A DNA stretch of 62,378 nucleotides, filler included, from Choristocarpus tenellus KU-1152 (lineage: Eukaryota; Protista; Phaeophyceae), in the NCBI GenBank assembly GCA_964200185.2. It is 9 parts of 9 records of this genome, joined end to end, with 100 filler letters (N's around TTAATTAATTAA, not from the genome) between each part and the next. Parts side by side here need not be neighbours in the genome. Positions count along the whole stretch, not along the records: positions 47,911 to 52,175 come from CAXNAD020015402.1; positions 52,276 to 54,847 come from CAXNAD020026667.1; positions 54,948 to 62,378 come from CAXNAD020006176.1; 6 more parts are not named here. One strand, 5' to 3'. The notes under the pieces are model-generated. The model made no database searches and was not told the origin of the DNA. It worked only from the letters and a program-made list of their open reading frames with translations. Both the position numbers and the translations under genes were made by a program. This document shows, piece after piece, positions 50,801-62,378 of the stretch (positions are counted from its first letter, which is position 1; the number at the start of each line of letters is the position of its first letter).

Positions 50801-53800
50801 ACCTGGAACTAAACAGGTTTTCCCTTTAGTCGCCCCCAAATTATCATCATACAAAGAGAACCACCTATACGTTGACCGGACTGGCTCTGTACCTATCTCT
50901 ATGTCGTGACAGGGCCACAGGAAGGCTGGCCTGCGAAAACTTGTTTTCACCATGGCAGGTCCATGGCAACCCACTCTGCAGTCGAAATCACTGATGGATC
51001 TCCACCCGCAGTGTCGGCAATGTTTTCACGGAGCCAGACCACAAATCGAACCGGTCGGTCCCTTCGTTCACACTTACCCCAGTTCGCCAAAAAGCCCTTT
51101 TAAAATATATATATATATGTATTTTTATTTTATGTGCCGATCGAGAACAATTCCTGATCATCTATCTACGCACTCGTTTCATATCCTATTAAAAGTTAAA
51201 AAATAGGGGGGGGGGGGGGGTGGGAAAACATAATACCAAAATACTTTAATACAAGTATTAAAATAAAAAAAAAAAAAAAGAAAAGGGGGGGGGGGGGGGG
51301 GGGGGTGGTAAAGATGATAAATATTCAAGGTTTTCAAGAACATCAAACTGTAGACAAAATATATATATTGATGTATATATATACATCTGCACCATCCTCT
51401 CACCCCTTTGCATCTCCGAATCAAGAGGCAGTATCAAGAGTGCCATCACATCGAGAGGAGACACGCTAACACGAGCAACGGGGGGGGGAGGGACTAAAAA
51501 ACAGGTGAGGCATTTATTTTTTTGCGGGAAATTTTCGCGCGTTCCTTCCTCTGTTCGTGCTCGTACGCACTCGCTCACCTCAAGAGCAAAAAAAAATAGA
51601 AAAAAGGGATAGGACAGTTCAACGCAATGTTATTGAGAAGGCCTTCCTCGTCTGTCCCATTCCAGCGAGAGTCTGACTTTTCCCAGCTACAAGAGGAACC
51701 GAAAACATTTCAAAATCTTGCAGAACGATTTGAAGATGGATCTGCAGGTTCACTCCAAAGCTAAACTGCGTCAGCTCCATTCCGTTCTGTTTGTCGTGGA
51801 GACGGCTCTGTAGCAACATATGATGAGCGTAAAAAAAGAAGAAATAATCATCCCGAATAGAGGCTACGTCAGGTAAAGCCTTCCTGAGCATTTAGAGATG
51901 TTCACTGAGATTGGAAAATGATACCAGTGGAAAATGATACCATGATACCAGTGGACACATAACAATTTGGGAAATAAAAAAATCACGTTCGTGTGACTTT
52001 TTAAATCGGCATTTTGGGGGGGAGGTATGATGTCATGCATTTTACTGTGAACGGTAAAACTCATTACACACGTACCGTCAACATTCCCCCCCCCCCCCCC
52101 CCCAACACCCCCACACTCGATGATGTCGCGCTAAAACCACAACCCTTTTTTTTTTTTTTTGTTGGAGAACTTATCNNNNNNNNNNNNNNNNNNNNNNNNN
52201 NNNNNNNNNNNNNNNNNNNTTAATTAATTAANNNNNNNNNNNNNNNNNNNNNNNNNNNNNNNNNNNNNNNNNNNNCCCAGATACTTTGAGCCTGGTGATA
52301 TGCACATGTGTACAATATGTACATAGGTTGAGAAACAGGTGATGCGGCCAAGCCATCGTATTGGGGTTTGTTACACTCTTGAGTAGTGTAATTCTAAATT
52401 AAAACCTCCTGTGTACATTTTATTTACATTCAATGTATGTAGTAAGTCTTTCATTTTACTTGTCGTATCAAGAACCACTTTGATGCGAAAATAAAGAGAT
52501 TCGAGTGTATTGGTAAAAACCTTGAGAGAGCTATCAATAGCACATCAGAGGCGGAGCACTACCCCAAAAAAAATAAAAATGTCTGGCTTCTGAGTCCAGC
52601 CAACTGAGAGGTAAGCAGGGTATTCGAAGGAATCCCGAGAAAGGGCAAAAATATACAATTTTGAATAATTTAAGGAAGAGCCTTTCCTGAATTAAACCAT
52701 TACTCTTTGTGTAGAGCGGGCAAATTATCAATTTTGCTACACTAATGTGCAGAAATAAGGTAATAACATAGTGTATATTGCACAGGTTAAGAGAGATAAC
52801 TTGAAATGAAAAAGGGTACAGATCTGCCTAACTCTCCATTGGTTTGCTTCTTCTCTGGAAGTATCAAAACTTACACTTACTCTGGCGGTATGGGTTGCGC
52901 GGGTAACGCGGGCAGTGTGTATCAATTCCTGACGAACAGCAGGGCATGATGAGAAGACGCGAAGATTTGAAGAGCTGTATCTCTGTGCAGGGAAAAACAG
53001 GGGTGGGGAAGTGAGATGAGCATTTGTAACAACAATAGTAGTATAAGTATGTTCGCTGTGGCATGTAGGGGCAACAACATGCAAGGGATGTCCCAGTGCT
53101 TGGCAAAGAGGAAAGCCAGAGTGAGTAGATCGAAGACATTGGATGATAGGAGAAACGTGTGACATCTGATTAGGACAAGAGGGGGTAGCTTGACAGAGTT
53201 ATGTCACTGAGGATTTTATTGTTTGCAGGAACTAACAATATGAGTGGTTGTACTCCCTCTTGTCCGGGTTTGTGCCCATAGTTGGGAGTTTTGTAGTCAA
53301 CTTGCTGGTCAACTCACTTACACGTTAAAGATACATATTATGATCGGGTAATTGCAGTTGTCTATGCTTGTTTCATTGTCGAGCTAAACTTATGAACAGT
53401 CCTCATTACTATATTCCCATGCATACATTGTATGGATCAATGAGTTCACGTTACCTACATAGGTTTCATAATTTTCGTAGTGTGAGAAAGCAAGCACCGT
53501 CTGTTTGTCGACGACCAGAAACTTACTGTAGTATTGTTTTGAAGTACTTAAAAAATATCAAGGCACTTACTCATCCCTCTCCATCACGTCTACCCAGGTA
53601 GGGGAGACCCTTCATCCGAGGAGGGTCAAGGACTGCAGCAATGCGCACCAATCTAAGGGACGTCCCGATCCTCGTCTCTTTTACTTTGCAGAACGAACCT
53701 CTTCTTAAGGTTAGGGTTAGGGTTTCCTCATTGTCCCCCGTATCACCTTGTTCTACATTATTATCTTCTTTGTTGTTGTTGCCTTCACTCGTGAAGTCAA

Positions 53801-54284
53801 GCACATTGTCCAGCGAGCCCATTCGATCCTCATCTGCCATGACCACAAGCAGAAAACTATGATGCAGAAGCATTACTAATCAACAAAAATTACAATGTGA
53901 TGACTGATTCCCCAACCTCTCAAGCACGCATTGCCTATTTCAACAACATTTTTCAAGCAGTCATTGTGACAACATTTACATTTCCAGTTGATGTATAGCT
54001 CGCTGAATTTTTCTCCCAGTATATCTTACCCGTGATGGTTATGGATCTCTAGTTTAGGTTTGAAATATCTTATACTTCACCTGATAATGTAAAAAAAAAA
54101 TGATATGGGTATGATACAATATCCCCCCCGAAATGGACCAAATATTAAGATTTTCGATCCCTTTTCAAATTTTAGATATTTTTTTTTGTTGCAGGGGAGC
54201 TATGGTGTGTATTTGGTTGGTCATATAGACGATTCATGCTTGAAAAAGTTGGAAAACACTCAAAGCATTCAAGAGTGTAAGACC

Positions 54285-54538
54285 GGGTCAGTTCGGATCA
54301 TAAAATCCAACGTTGCGATTTTCATTAATTTTGGGTTTCGTTTTTGGTAGCAAATAGCAATATCCTTGCTCAGGGGACAAAACGTTTATAGTCGCGTACA
54401 TCTTACCTACTCCGAAGCATTTTGGAGTAGGTAAATGTGTTAACAGAAAACCCCCAAAAGGCCATAAATAACTTGTGGGAAGTCAAGGCATGAACGGAAA
54501 AATAGGGGTAAACTCCTACCCTCTGAAATGATTTGGAA
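54285..54538 (+). mobile_element. Diverged MITE family A relative
   Basis: AAAATCCAACGTTGCGATTTT...TACCTACTCCGAAGCATTTTGGAGTAGG...AAACTCCTACCCTCTGAAATG. Confidence 0.65.
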
Positions 54539-55829
54539 CAAATCACTTTTTCACTTCGTGGGGGAATAATTCTGCGTTATAGTTCTGGTTGCCATCATGA
54601 CAGGCGAGGGTTGGTGTATTTCCCGATACACTATTAAGGAAGAGGAGGATAAAGAGATCGATCTGATGAAGGAGGAATCATTGCTCCTACTGCGGCTGAG
54701 GATGACATTCTTCGAGTGATGGAGAATGAGGAGGATGTAGAAGAGAGTAGTGAAGAGCAGGAGGAGGAGAGAGATGGCAGCCTGTGTGGATATCTAAAGC
54801 AGTATTGAGTCCGCATGACCAGGGTCAAAGTATCTGGGGGGGGGGGGNNNNNNNNNNNNNNNNNNNNNNNNNNNNNNNNNNNNNNNNNNNNTTAATTAAT
54901 TAANNNNNNNNNNNNNNNNNNNNNNNNNNNNNNNNNNNNNNNNNNNNTTGCATAAGTTGGATGGATATTTTATTTGCACTTTTCCTGATTTCGACCCAAA
55001 TGGTCCCCCTGGTGTTGTCCCCCCCCCCCCCCTCCAGATACTTTGGGTCTGTAGTGTTCCACAATCAGGTGCATCTCAAGGAAATGGTACTGTAACCCTA
55101 AAGCTAAAACTGTTGTTTGGGTGACAGTAAAACGTTCTGGGTAGTTGAGTGTAGTGACATGCTTCCAGTGACTTCAGATTATATTCTGCTTTAAACCAAA
55201 AATTCGGGTGAATAAAGATCTCGTTTTGTCCTTATTCTATATCGGATTCCCTTTTGATCAAACACACCATGTACACTTCTTAGCTCAGAACATAAATGGA
55301 CAAGAACTGCAAAAAGAGTTTGATGTGATATGTGATCACTCAAGAGAGACCTCATGACATGCACACACACACACATATACAATACACAGCCAAAACATCT
55401 ATTTTCCATTTTTAAAATTCAGAATGTGGACGTGATTTTACTCTCATCATGCCATATTTAGGACCACCTCAATTTATTGCAGTTTGTGTCCTGCAGTCAT
55501 ATGTAGCCCTTACTAACCAGACATCTTTCTTTTGTCCAAGGTACATACACCTCATTTGGACATATTTAATGCAATATGCAATATAGTGTCATTATACAAT
55601 AGTATATATATATATATATGTATTTTTGAATTCCCACTGACATTTTGCAGATATTGTCAAAGAAGAGACACTATTAACAGGTAAATAATGAAACAAAACC
55701 ACGACAACAACACCTGTATCAATTCTAAGAAACGCCTTCCTATAGATCAATAACAGGTCTGGTACTGTGTAGAATTTCAAAACAGAAACACGAAAACCTG
55801 ATAAAAATAATACAGCTGAAACCACTCTT

Positions 55830-56330
55830 CAACTGGCACTGCAACAATGGTCTAGACACAACGCAAGACCTCCACATATACTATTATCCCCACTGACCTC
55901 TTCTAAGAAGTACCACCAGTCAAGAGCTTCCTGAGGTGCATATTGCCTTCCATTGTCTATCAAGTTTGGTTTAGATAAGTGGTACGATATGACTAAGTAG
56001 CAGTTAGATGTTGGTATATGTCGAATTGGTTGTACCGTTGTTGGTATATGCCACGTCATTGTAGCTCTCACATTACTTCCAATCTCCTTTAGCAGCAGAA
56101 ATCAGCAAATTTCCGGGTTTTGCGGTGACCCTCCCACTCAAAGGCCTCGATGTATTGAAGACTGATTTTGTCAAACAAGGCCTTTTTTGCACTTGTTAAA
56201 CAGTAGTACTGTTTTTCACCATTTTTCAGTTGTTCTACATTGCTTCAACTTTGCATTTTTGAAAATGAATACATTCAACTAAGGGCACCCATCGATAAAA
56301 GGATAACTTCCTCCTGAAATTGATAGGACC
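55830..56330 (-). pseudogene. Decayed ankyrin-type gene fragment
   Basis: LSISGGSYPFIDG at the start and SAAKGD..LEVM, EALDWW motifs in shifted frames. Confidence 0.3.
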
Positions 56331-58014
56331 CACAAAATAGCCTAATAGCCAAAATGCACGCCACTCTTGAGCTGTGAACTGAGTGCTCTGAAACCTTGTG
56401 ACACACCAGAAAATTAGATGGGCCCCTAAAACTCAGCACCACCCCGCCCGCAGGTACTTATATTACTTTTGACTCTGTCCTTGCGCTACCTGTTACACAA
56501 ACAGAAAATATGCCTTTTAGGTACACTATGCTGTTAACAGGCAGAAGAGCTCACAAGAGGTGAGGGAATGCCTTATTACCTTGGTATAGGAGAGGGAAGC
56601 TAAGCGAGGTGAAACCAAAGGACTGTTAAAGAGTCCACTGACATGTCTGCTCCCCCTGCGATCATGGAAAAGACTCACCAATTGTGACATTCACTTAGCT
56701 CTGGCCTGTTTTAAACCCTTGTTATCTCTTTTGAACTCGCCTGGATCTTCAGCTTGAGACTGGGATGGTGATGATGACGAGGTAGCCATGGCGCGTAGTG
56801 TCGGGAGACTTGGGTGCTGGGAGGGGGCACATGCGTAACAAGAAAGCGAGGGGCAACATTAATAATCGACTGGCGATAGATTCTCGGGTAATGTGCTGGC
56901 GTGCTCATCATCCCTACCTACAGACCTTACGTGTATACCTTGCGTGTGATGTCCACCCTCCGTTTGCCCTCCAGATACACTCCCAAGATTCTGATCTGTG
57001 AAGGATATGTTATACAATTCATCACATCATCTATACAAACAAAAACGATTTCATTCCAACTTCTTCCTCGCCATTTAAACAAAAGTGCGAAATTTGACCC
57101 TTAATGTTGTCATTATGAAGGGTTCGAATAGACTGACCTTTGTGAAAACAGCACACAAACGCACAACTGTCATATCCAATTATTCATGCTCCGTATATAA
57201 TTCTTCATATTTATTATTTGTGGTGAAGAGTAGTTAGTTCTAGGACATAATTGGACAAAAGTGTGTCTTTTTGATCTTCATAGTAAAGAAGAAAACTAAT
57301 TACGAATCTTCATGATGGAAATACAAGATATGACATTTTTTTCTTGCATAACCTTAGAGTTGTATAGTGAAAAAGGTAGTGGAAAGAAGGCATTACACAT
57401 AATTACTTGAAATAAGCAAGCAAGGACAACAAAAAAAGCAAATACCTACCACTACAAACTTTATAGTAGCGGATAAAAAAGGTAATATATCTAATACAAA
57501 GTGAGAGTTTATGAAGTAAACTGAGTTTTGTGGGCGGGAGAATTCTGGTGGTAATGTGATATAGGGGAGGGAGAGGTGAGGAAGGAGGAAAAATAATAAG
57601 AAGGCAAGGGGTGAAGGAAGAGTTAAGTACTGAGTGATTAGGAGGTAGAGGAGGCAGAAGAGAAGTTAAAGAAGTGGTTGGTAGGTGGAGGCACAACAGG
57701 GGGCACAACAAGGTAAGAAAGAATAGTCAGTATGTAAAGGAAACCGAGGGCTGGTGGTACAAGACGAGGAGGAGCTGGAACAAGACAACCTCCGAGCAAG
57801 CTCTCCCACCCACCCACCCTTTTGCTTGCTCACGACCGATTGGGATGCTGGCTAAAGGGAGGGGAGGTCAAGTTCGGGTGGGGTAGATGTCTTCTAGTTC
57901 AAAGGTACAGTATGAAGTGGATGATGAAGGGGTGTTCTTGAATTATTGTGGAGTGGTGTTGAGTGGTATGGGGGAGTGGTAAGTGGTGTGGGGTTGAGTG
58001 GGGTTGAAGGTTGG

Positions 58015-58290
58015 GGTGGTGACTGGAAATCAGTAGCGAAGGGGTCGCACTGGTTCATCATCAGATGTGGGGAGTGACTGAAAATCAGTGGTGAAGGGGG
58101 TTCACATTGGTTGGTCATTGGAGGTGGGTGGTGGTTGTGAATCAAGGTGAAAATGATTTTGCATTGGTTGGCCATCACATGGGGGGGGGTGACTGGAAAT
58201 AAGTGTCGAAGGGGGTTCGTACTGGTTTCATCGCAAAGGGGGGGTGACTGGAATCAGTGGCGAAGGGGTTCAAACTGGTTGGTCACAAGT
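58015..58290. repeat. Degenerate ~55-bp G-rich minisatellite
   Basis: GTGACTGGAAATCAGTGGCGAAGGGGGTTC..ACTGGTT x4-5. Confidence 0.75.
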
Positions 58291-58864
58291 GGTGGTACAC
58301 TGGGGAGGAAGGGAATGGGTGGAATGCGAACATAGAATGAAATAATAATAATCCAGAATTCGTGAGCAAAACAAAAGGACAAGAACACAAAAAACATCCC
58401 TAAGTCGATACTCTGTGACCTTGAAGTGGAGAACTAAGCTAGGTTGGAACACAGGAAGGCAGTGGTACAACATAGCTGCGACTAAAATTGTAGATAGATT
58501 AATGTCTTGACATTTTGTGAAAACTGTTACTTTTTTAGGGGGTTTTCTGACGTAGGAATAGTTTTCATTGGTTTTTCCCCTGACACACCCTCCAAAATGT
58601 CAGAGGGTATAATAATAAAATACATACTCTATGAAAAATGGTGAGACGTAACAAAGGAAGAATTCCATTAATCTGTCAAGCCTCTCCTAGCTAGCCCATC
58701 AACCTAGATACTCCAACTTATATTGTTACACTGTTCTGGTGGTCGCTAGTTGAGAAGTAACTGAAATAATCTGTCTTCAACATGATTTTACCTACCCCTT
58801 CTGTGGAAAACCTCAGCCCCCCTTTCTACTACAGTAGAAATCACTAGCTCAATCAAAAAAAGAG

Positions 58865-59170
58865 CTCTGCCTGTGTGCCAAGACGCCCGAAACATGCTAC
58901 CTTGAAGGCGTTGAGGTTACAACTACAAGGTTCACAAGATCTCCGTAGTTGTTACGCTTATGGGCCTCCGCCTCAGCTACGGCAACATTATTGTTGTTTG
59001 ACGAGGCGAAGAGGTGGCAGTCCACTTCTACTTCAGCGAAAAGGCCTCATCCAGTAGTATCTCCTTTTTCCTGTTGTAGGGGACAGGAGCTGCATTCATT
59101 TCCTGCATGAAAGACCGCATCCACGCGGAAATTGGGTTCATGGTGAAGGGGTGCTGTCCTCCAGATGTTG
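58865..59170 (-). mobile_element. Second, more decayed copy of the same RLE retroelement fragment
   Basis: HPFTMNP.., KEILLDEAF, VAVAEAEAHKRNNYG align to 17115-17430 across frameshifts. Confidence 0.65.
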
Positions 59171-62132
59171 TCAAATCGCCGGACCATGGGTGAGTGTTAA
59201 TATACTTGGTCGCTAACTCAGGGGCATATATATGTGAGCATGGCCAGTGTACACACCCCTTCCCTCCTACATACCTAGATAATATGTGCAGTATCATTGA
59301 GTTTTTGTGGCACTAATATATACTTCCAGACGGTTGAGCAGCAGACTTTCGCGCGATAATTTGTATGTACGCACCCACTTCGCATAAATAGGCCGAATAG
59401 AACCATGACTACATAACAACGAACCAAAAAACAGAGGGATTTGATCGCCTTGCCATGCATATATTATAAAGATCATACGTGGAACTTCTCCAATTTTCAT
59501 AAGTCATACCTGCTTCCATACGTGTGTAACACCTTAGGTTCCTGTAAGCCTCACTTTGAGTCCTCCCCGCTCACATTATAAAAACACATTATATACGACA
59601 GGGTAGAGTCTACTATACGATTAGTATAGAAGTAAGTCAAGTACAGAGCATTGAGTTAAAGTAAACGAGAGGTACGCAAAATCGTAAAAAAAGTTCAGAA
59701 GATATGTTACAACACGGATTAGAGCTACACATCCTGTGGAGGTAAGTTCTGGAGCGTGTAGTAACATGGAGGTCCTACCGAGACTTCCGTGTTATAACAG
59801 ATATCCTACACGTATTTGTAAAAAATGTCGCATTTTGCACGTATTTGGTGGATCCTTAAAATGCAACTCTCGGTACCTCTCATTTACTTTGAGTCACTAT
59901 CAGGAAGACTTTACCCTCCTCAAACAGTGCCTCCTTCGGCAGAACCCTCAAGTGCTAAAGAGAAAGAAGCTGCCGGTGGTAAAACAGCTCGCCTACCTCC
60001 TCGTCCATATAGTTGGTCAAGAAGGTCCTCACAATAGAGATGTACGATAGGGCTCATAAAGCGTCTGTTCCTGAGGTATGTCTACAAGTCGAACCTTTGT
60101 CTTGTATTCTGGCTATCCATAAATAAGTTGGTGGTATGGTGTGGTCAAGGCATTTCGTTGCATTTTTTTTTAGTTTGTACACATACATGTAAACATTGAA
60201 AATGCTAAAACTTGGAAGACATTCTAACATACTACGAAGTACATGCTTTTTACTTCATACCCACCGCTTTCTTTTGCGTGCTGCAGGAGATTCTTGACAA
60301 AATGCATTGGTCTAACTGTTTCCCCTCTTCAAATAACGACAGGTACTGGAACAACAACTAAGGAGTTCATACCTAGCATGGATTTTTTATCCTTTCTGGT
60401 TATGCTAGAAGAGGAGTTCCCTCACAAACGGCAGTACTTTGTTCTGACTTCATCAAAGAACTTTAGGCAGTGAAAAATGGACGAAAATAATGCACTAACA
60501 ACGAGCCAAACTATAATATTCTTCTCTACTCCAACACGACACTTGCTTTATGCTGTGAAAGATTCTCGGTCCGCCCAATTAGAAAGGGCAGGCCAAGACC
60601 CACCAAAGAACAACAGGTAAGCTATCTCTCCATAAACACCCTGCTTTAAATCTCATTATTTTATTATTTTATTGACCACAAAAAATGACCCAAGAGAAGA
60701 AAAACTGCCTTCCAAATCAACCTACCTGCTCTTCCCTGTTTACTCTTCCCTATCTTAGTGTGCAATCTGGACACTCCAACGTACTCCCACACCTGGTATA
60801 CCCCCAAATCCTGGACAAAAGAAGGTTTTCCGACTCTGCCTCTAGAGTTTTAGTTCTATTGATCAAGAATTTATGTTCTCTTACTCTAGTGAAATGCTGG
60901 AGAAAGTCATATATAAAATTACTATGGTAACAGTAGTAATGTGGAAGTGTCAAAGGTGCCAAGTTCTCTGCTCAAGGGGGCAATCACAATCACTGGAATG
61001 AAAACTCTTTCACCTGAGAGGGTGAGACCGAGTTTCAAGGTCTTGGCTCTAATCTCATAACAAATCAGTAAATCCAGTACAGTACACCTTTTTTTTTTTT
61101 TTTCTTATGTTTCCAGAATGACTGAGCAACGTCACAGCAAAGAAATGAATTTGTCAGAATCGAAATGGTTCTTCGTTCTGAGGGTCCATTTTGGCTGTTT
61201 GGTCAAATCCGGATCCATGAGAGTGACTTTTTCTTTGGACTGGTCGGTATGGATGAGCTCAAATGACGTGTTTGGCGCCCGCAATTGTATCTGACCGCGC
61301 GTCTTATACATAAGGTGTGTGTCGGAGATCCCAAAAAGGAACCTGTCCCTGACAGTAATAGTATCTAACAAACGATAGGTTGTCAAGAGATTTTTCAAAC
61401 ATACTAATTATCTAATATGATCTTGGTGAACATATAAAAGTGAGAACACACACTATTAATACCTTTCATTCATATTAAACCATAATAGTAACAAAAATCG
61501 TAATAGTAGTTCGAGAATATTATTTCTATACAATATTCTTGACGTTTTATATCATAACTATATATAATCAAATTAGAGGGATCTCAGTCTCGTCTTCCAG
61601 AAACTAGTCCAAAGAAGGTAGTATATACTGGTTGAGAAAAAGAAAAAAGATAAAAAAAAGCAAATCAGCAATCGAAAAAACAAGAGAGAAGAAATGAGGA
61701 GGAAGAAGAGAAGAACCACGAGGAGAAAGATACCATCATCACCCAAGAACATGACGAAAGAAGAGAAGAATGAACATGAACAAACGATGCAAGATAAGCC
61801 CACAAAGAAAACGCCATTGCGCGGGTAGTGATGGTGATGGTGTTGGTGGTTTGGGGGATCTTGAGTCAAAGTAAACGAGACGTGCACAGACAGGGAGGGT
61901 GGCATTTCAAGGATGATTTGACAAATAAATGTACAAATATCGCGGCTTGCTGTACAAATGTGTAGGATTTTTTCTTAATTATATTTTTAAAATAGAGAGT
62001 AATCAATGCTGTCAAGTCCATCTTAGTACTTATAGAAAAAAATGTGAATTGCAATATATAAAAAAAATGGCTTAAAATACAAAACGGAAAAAACCTGGGT
62101 ACATCACGTTTACTTCGGTTCCTTACCTCCTG

Positions 62133-62336
62133 CTATTTTGTCACTGCTTCCTTGGAATGTCCTTCGACCATGGGCCTTGTTGTGCCATTAGCTGCACACT
62201 CATACCACTCCTGATGATCAGTGACTCTCGTCCCCCAACCCTCAACTCCAAGTCCAAACTTATTTGTGAAAGTCGTCTTGGAGACATGTCTACCAGATCT
62301 TCTCCTGTCTTCCATACTTCTGTTTTCCATTTGCAA
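62133..62336 (-). mobile_element. Possible LINE (RTE-like) ORF 3' end remnant
   Basis: FGLGVEGWGTRVTDHQEWYECAANG resembles the W..A.DR..W tail of RTE ORFs. Confidence 0.35.
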
Positions 62337-62378
62337 GTTGGGTCAAAGTATCTTAAGGGGGGGGGGTGGTTTGTGAGG

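Noticed and set aside
50225-51891. Possible minus-strand spliced gene (SRLHDKQNGMELTQF.., GFLANWGKCERRDRP..)
   Set aside because: Frames contain stops and I could not build a phase-consistent model or assign a family
1-62378. rRNA, tRNA, bacterial operons, or giant-virus hallmark genes
   Set aside because: None recognisable by eye; the viral interpretation rests only on ankyrin-like remnants and gene packing

Overview
This window is not continuous DNA. It is nine short contigs (1-6169, 6270-13114, 13215-17014, 17115-34177, 34278-38475, 38576-47810, 47911-52175, 52276-54847, 54948-62378) joined by artificial 100-bp linkers (N44-TTAATTAATTAA-N44). The DNA is eukaryotic and repeat-rich, with GT-AG introns, interstitial TTAGGG tracts and a CCAAGTA/CCAAGTG satellite. 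It is most consistent with a brown alga or a close stramenopile relative (inference). Two host genes can be spliced by hand with consistent phases: a PPR protein (minus strand) and a five-exon gene that joins an adenylate kinase C-terminal half to a DUF4743/Tnr3-type Nudix N-terminal domain, which is the best candidate for an unusual system. The rest is mobile and decayed DNA. It includes a full-length plant-type mariner with D-40-(D) spacing that carries two nested MITEs, a GRG...CYC MITE family with mostly 4-bp TSDs (Sola-like), an RTE-like LINE interrupted at its YADD motif, and CRE-type endonuclease remnants. It also holds degraded F-box-like/ankyrin genes reminiscent of phaeoviruses and an unidentified decayed ORF family present in five contigs. 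Most ORFs in the supplied track are spurious or are pseudogene fragments. All homology calls were made by eye; no searches were run.
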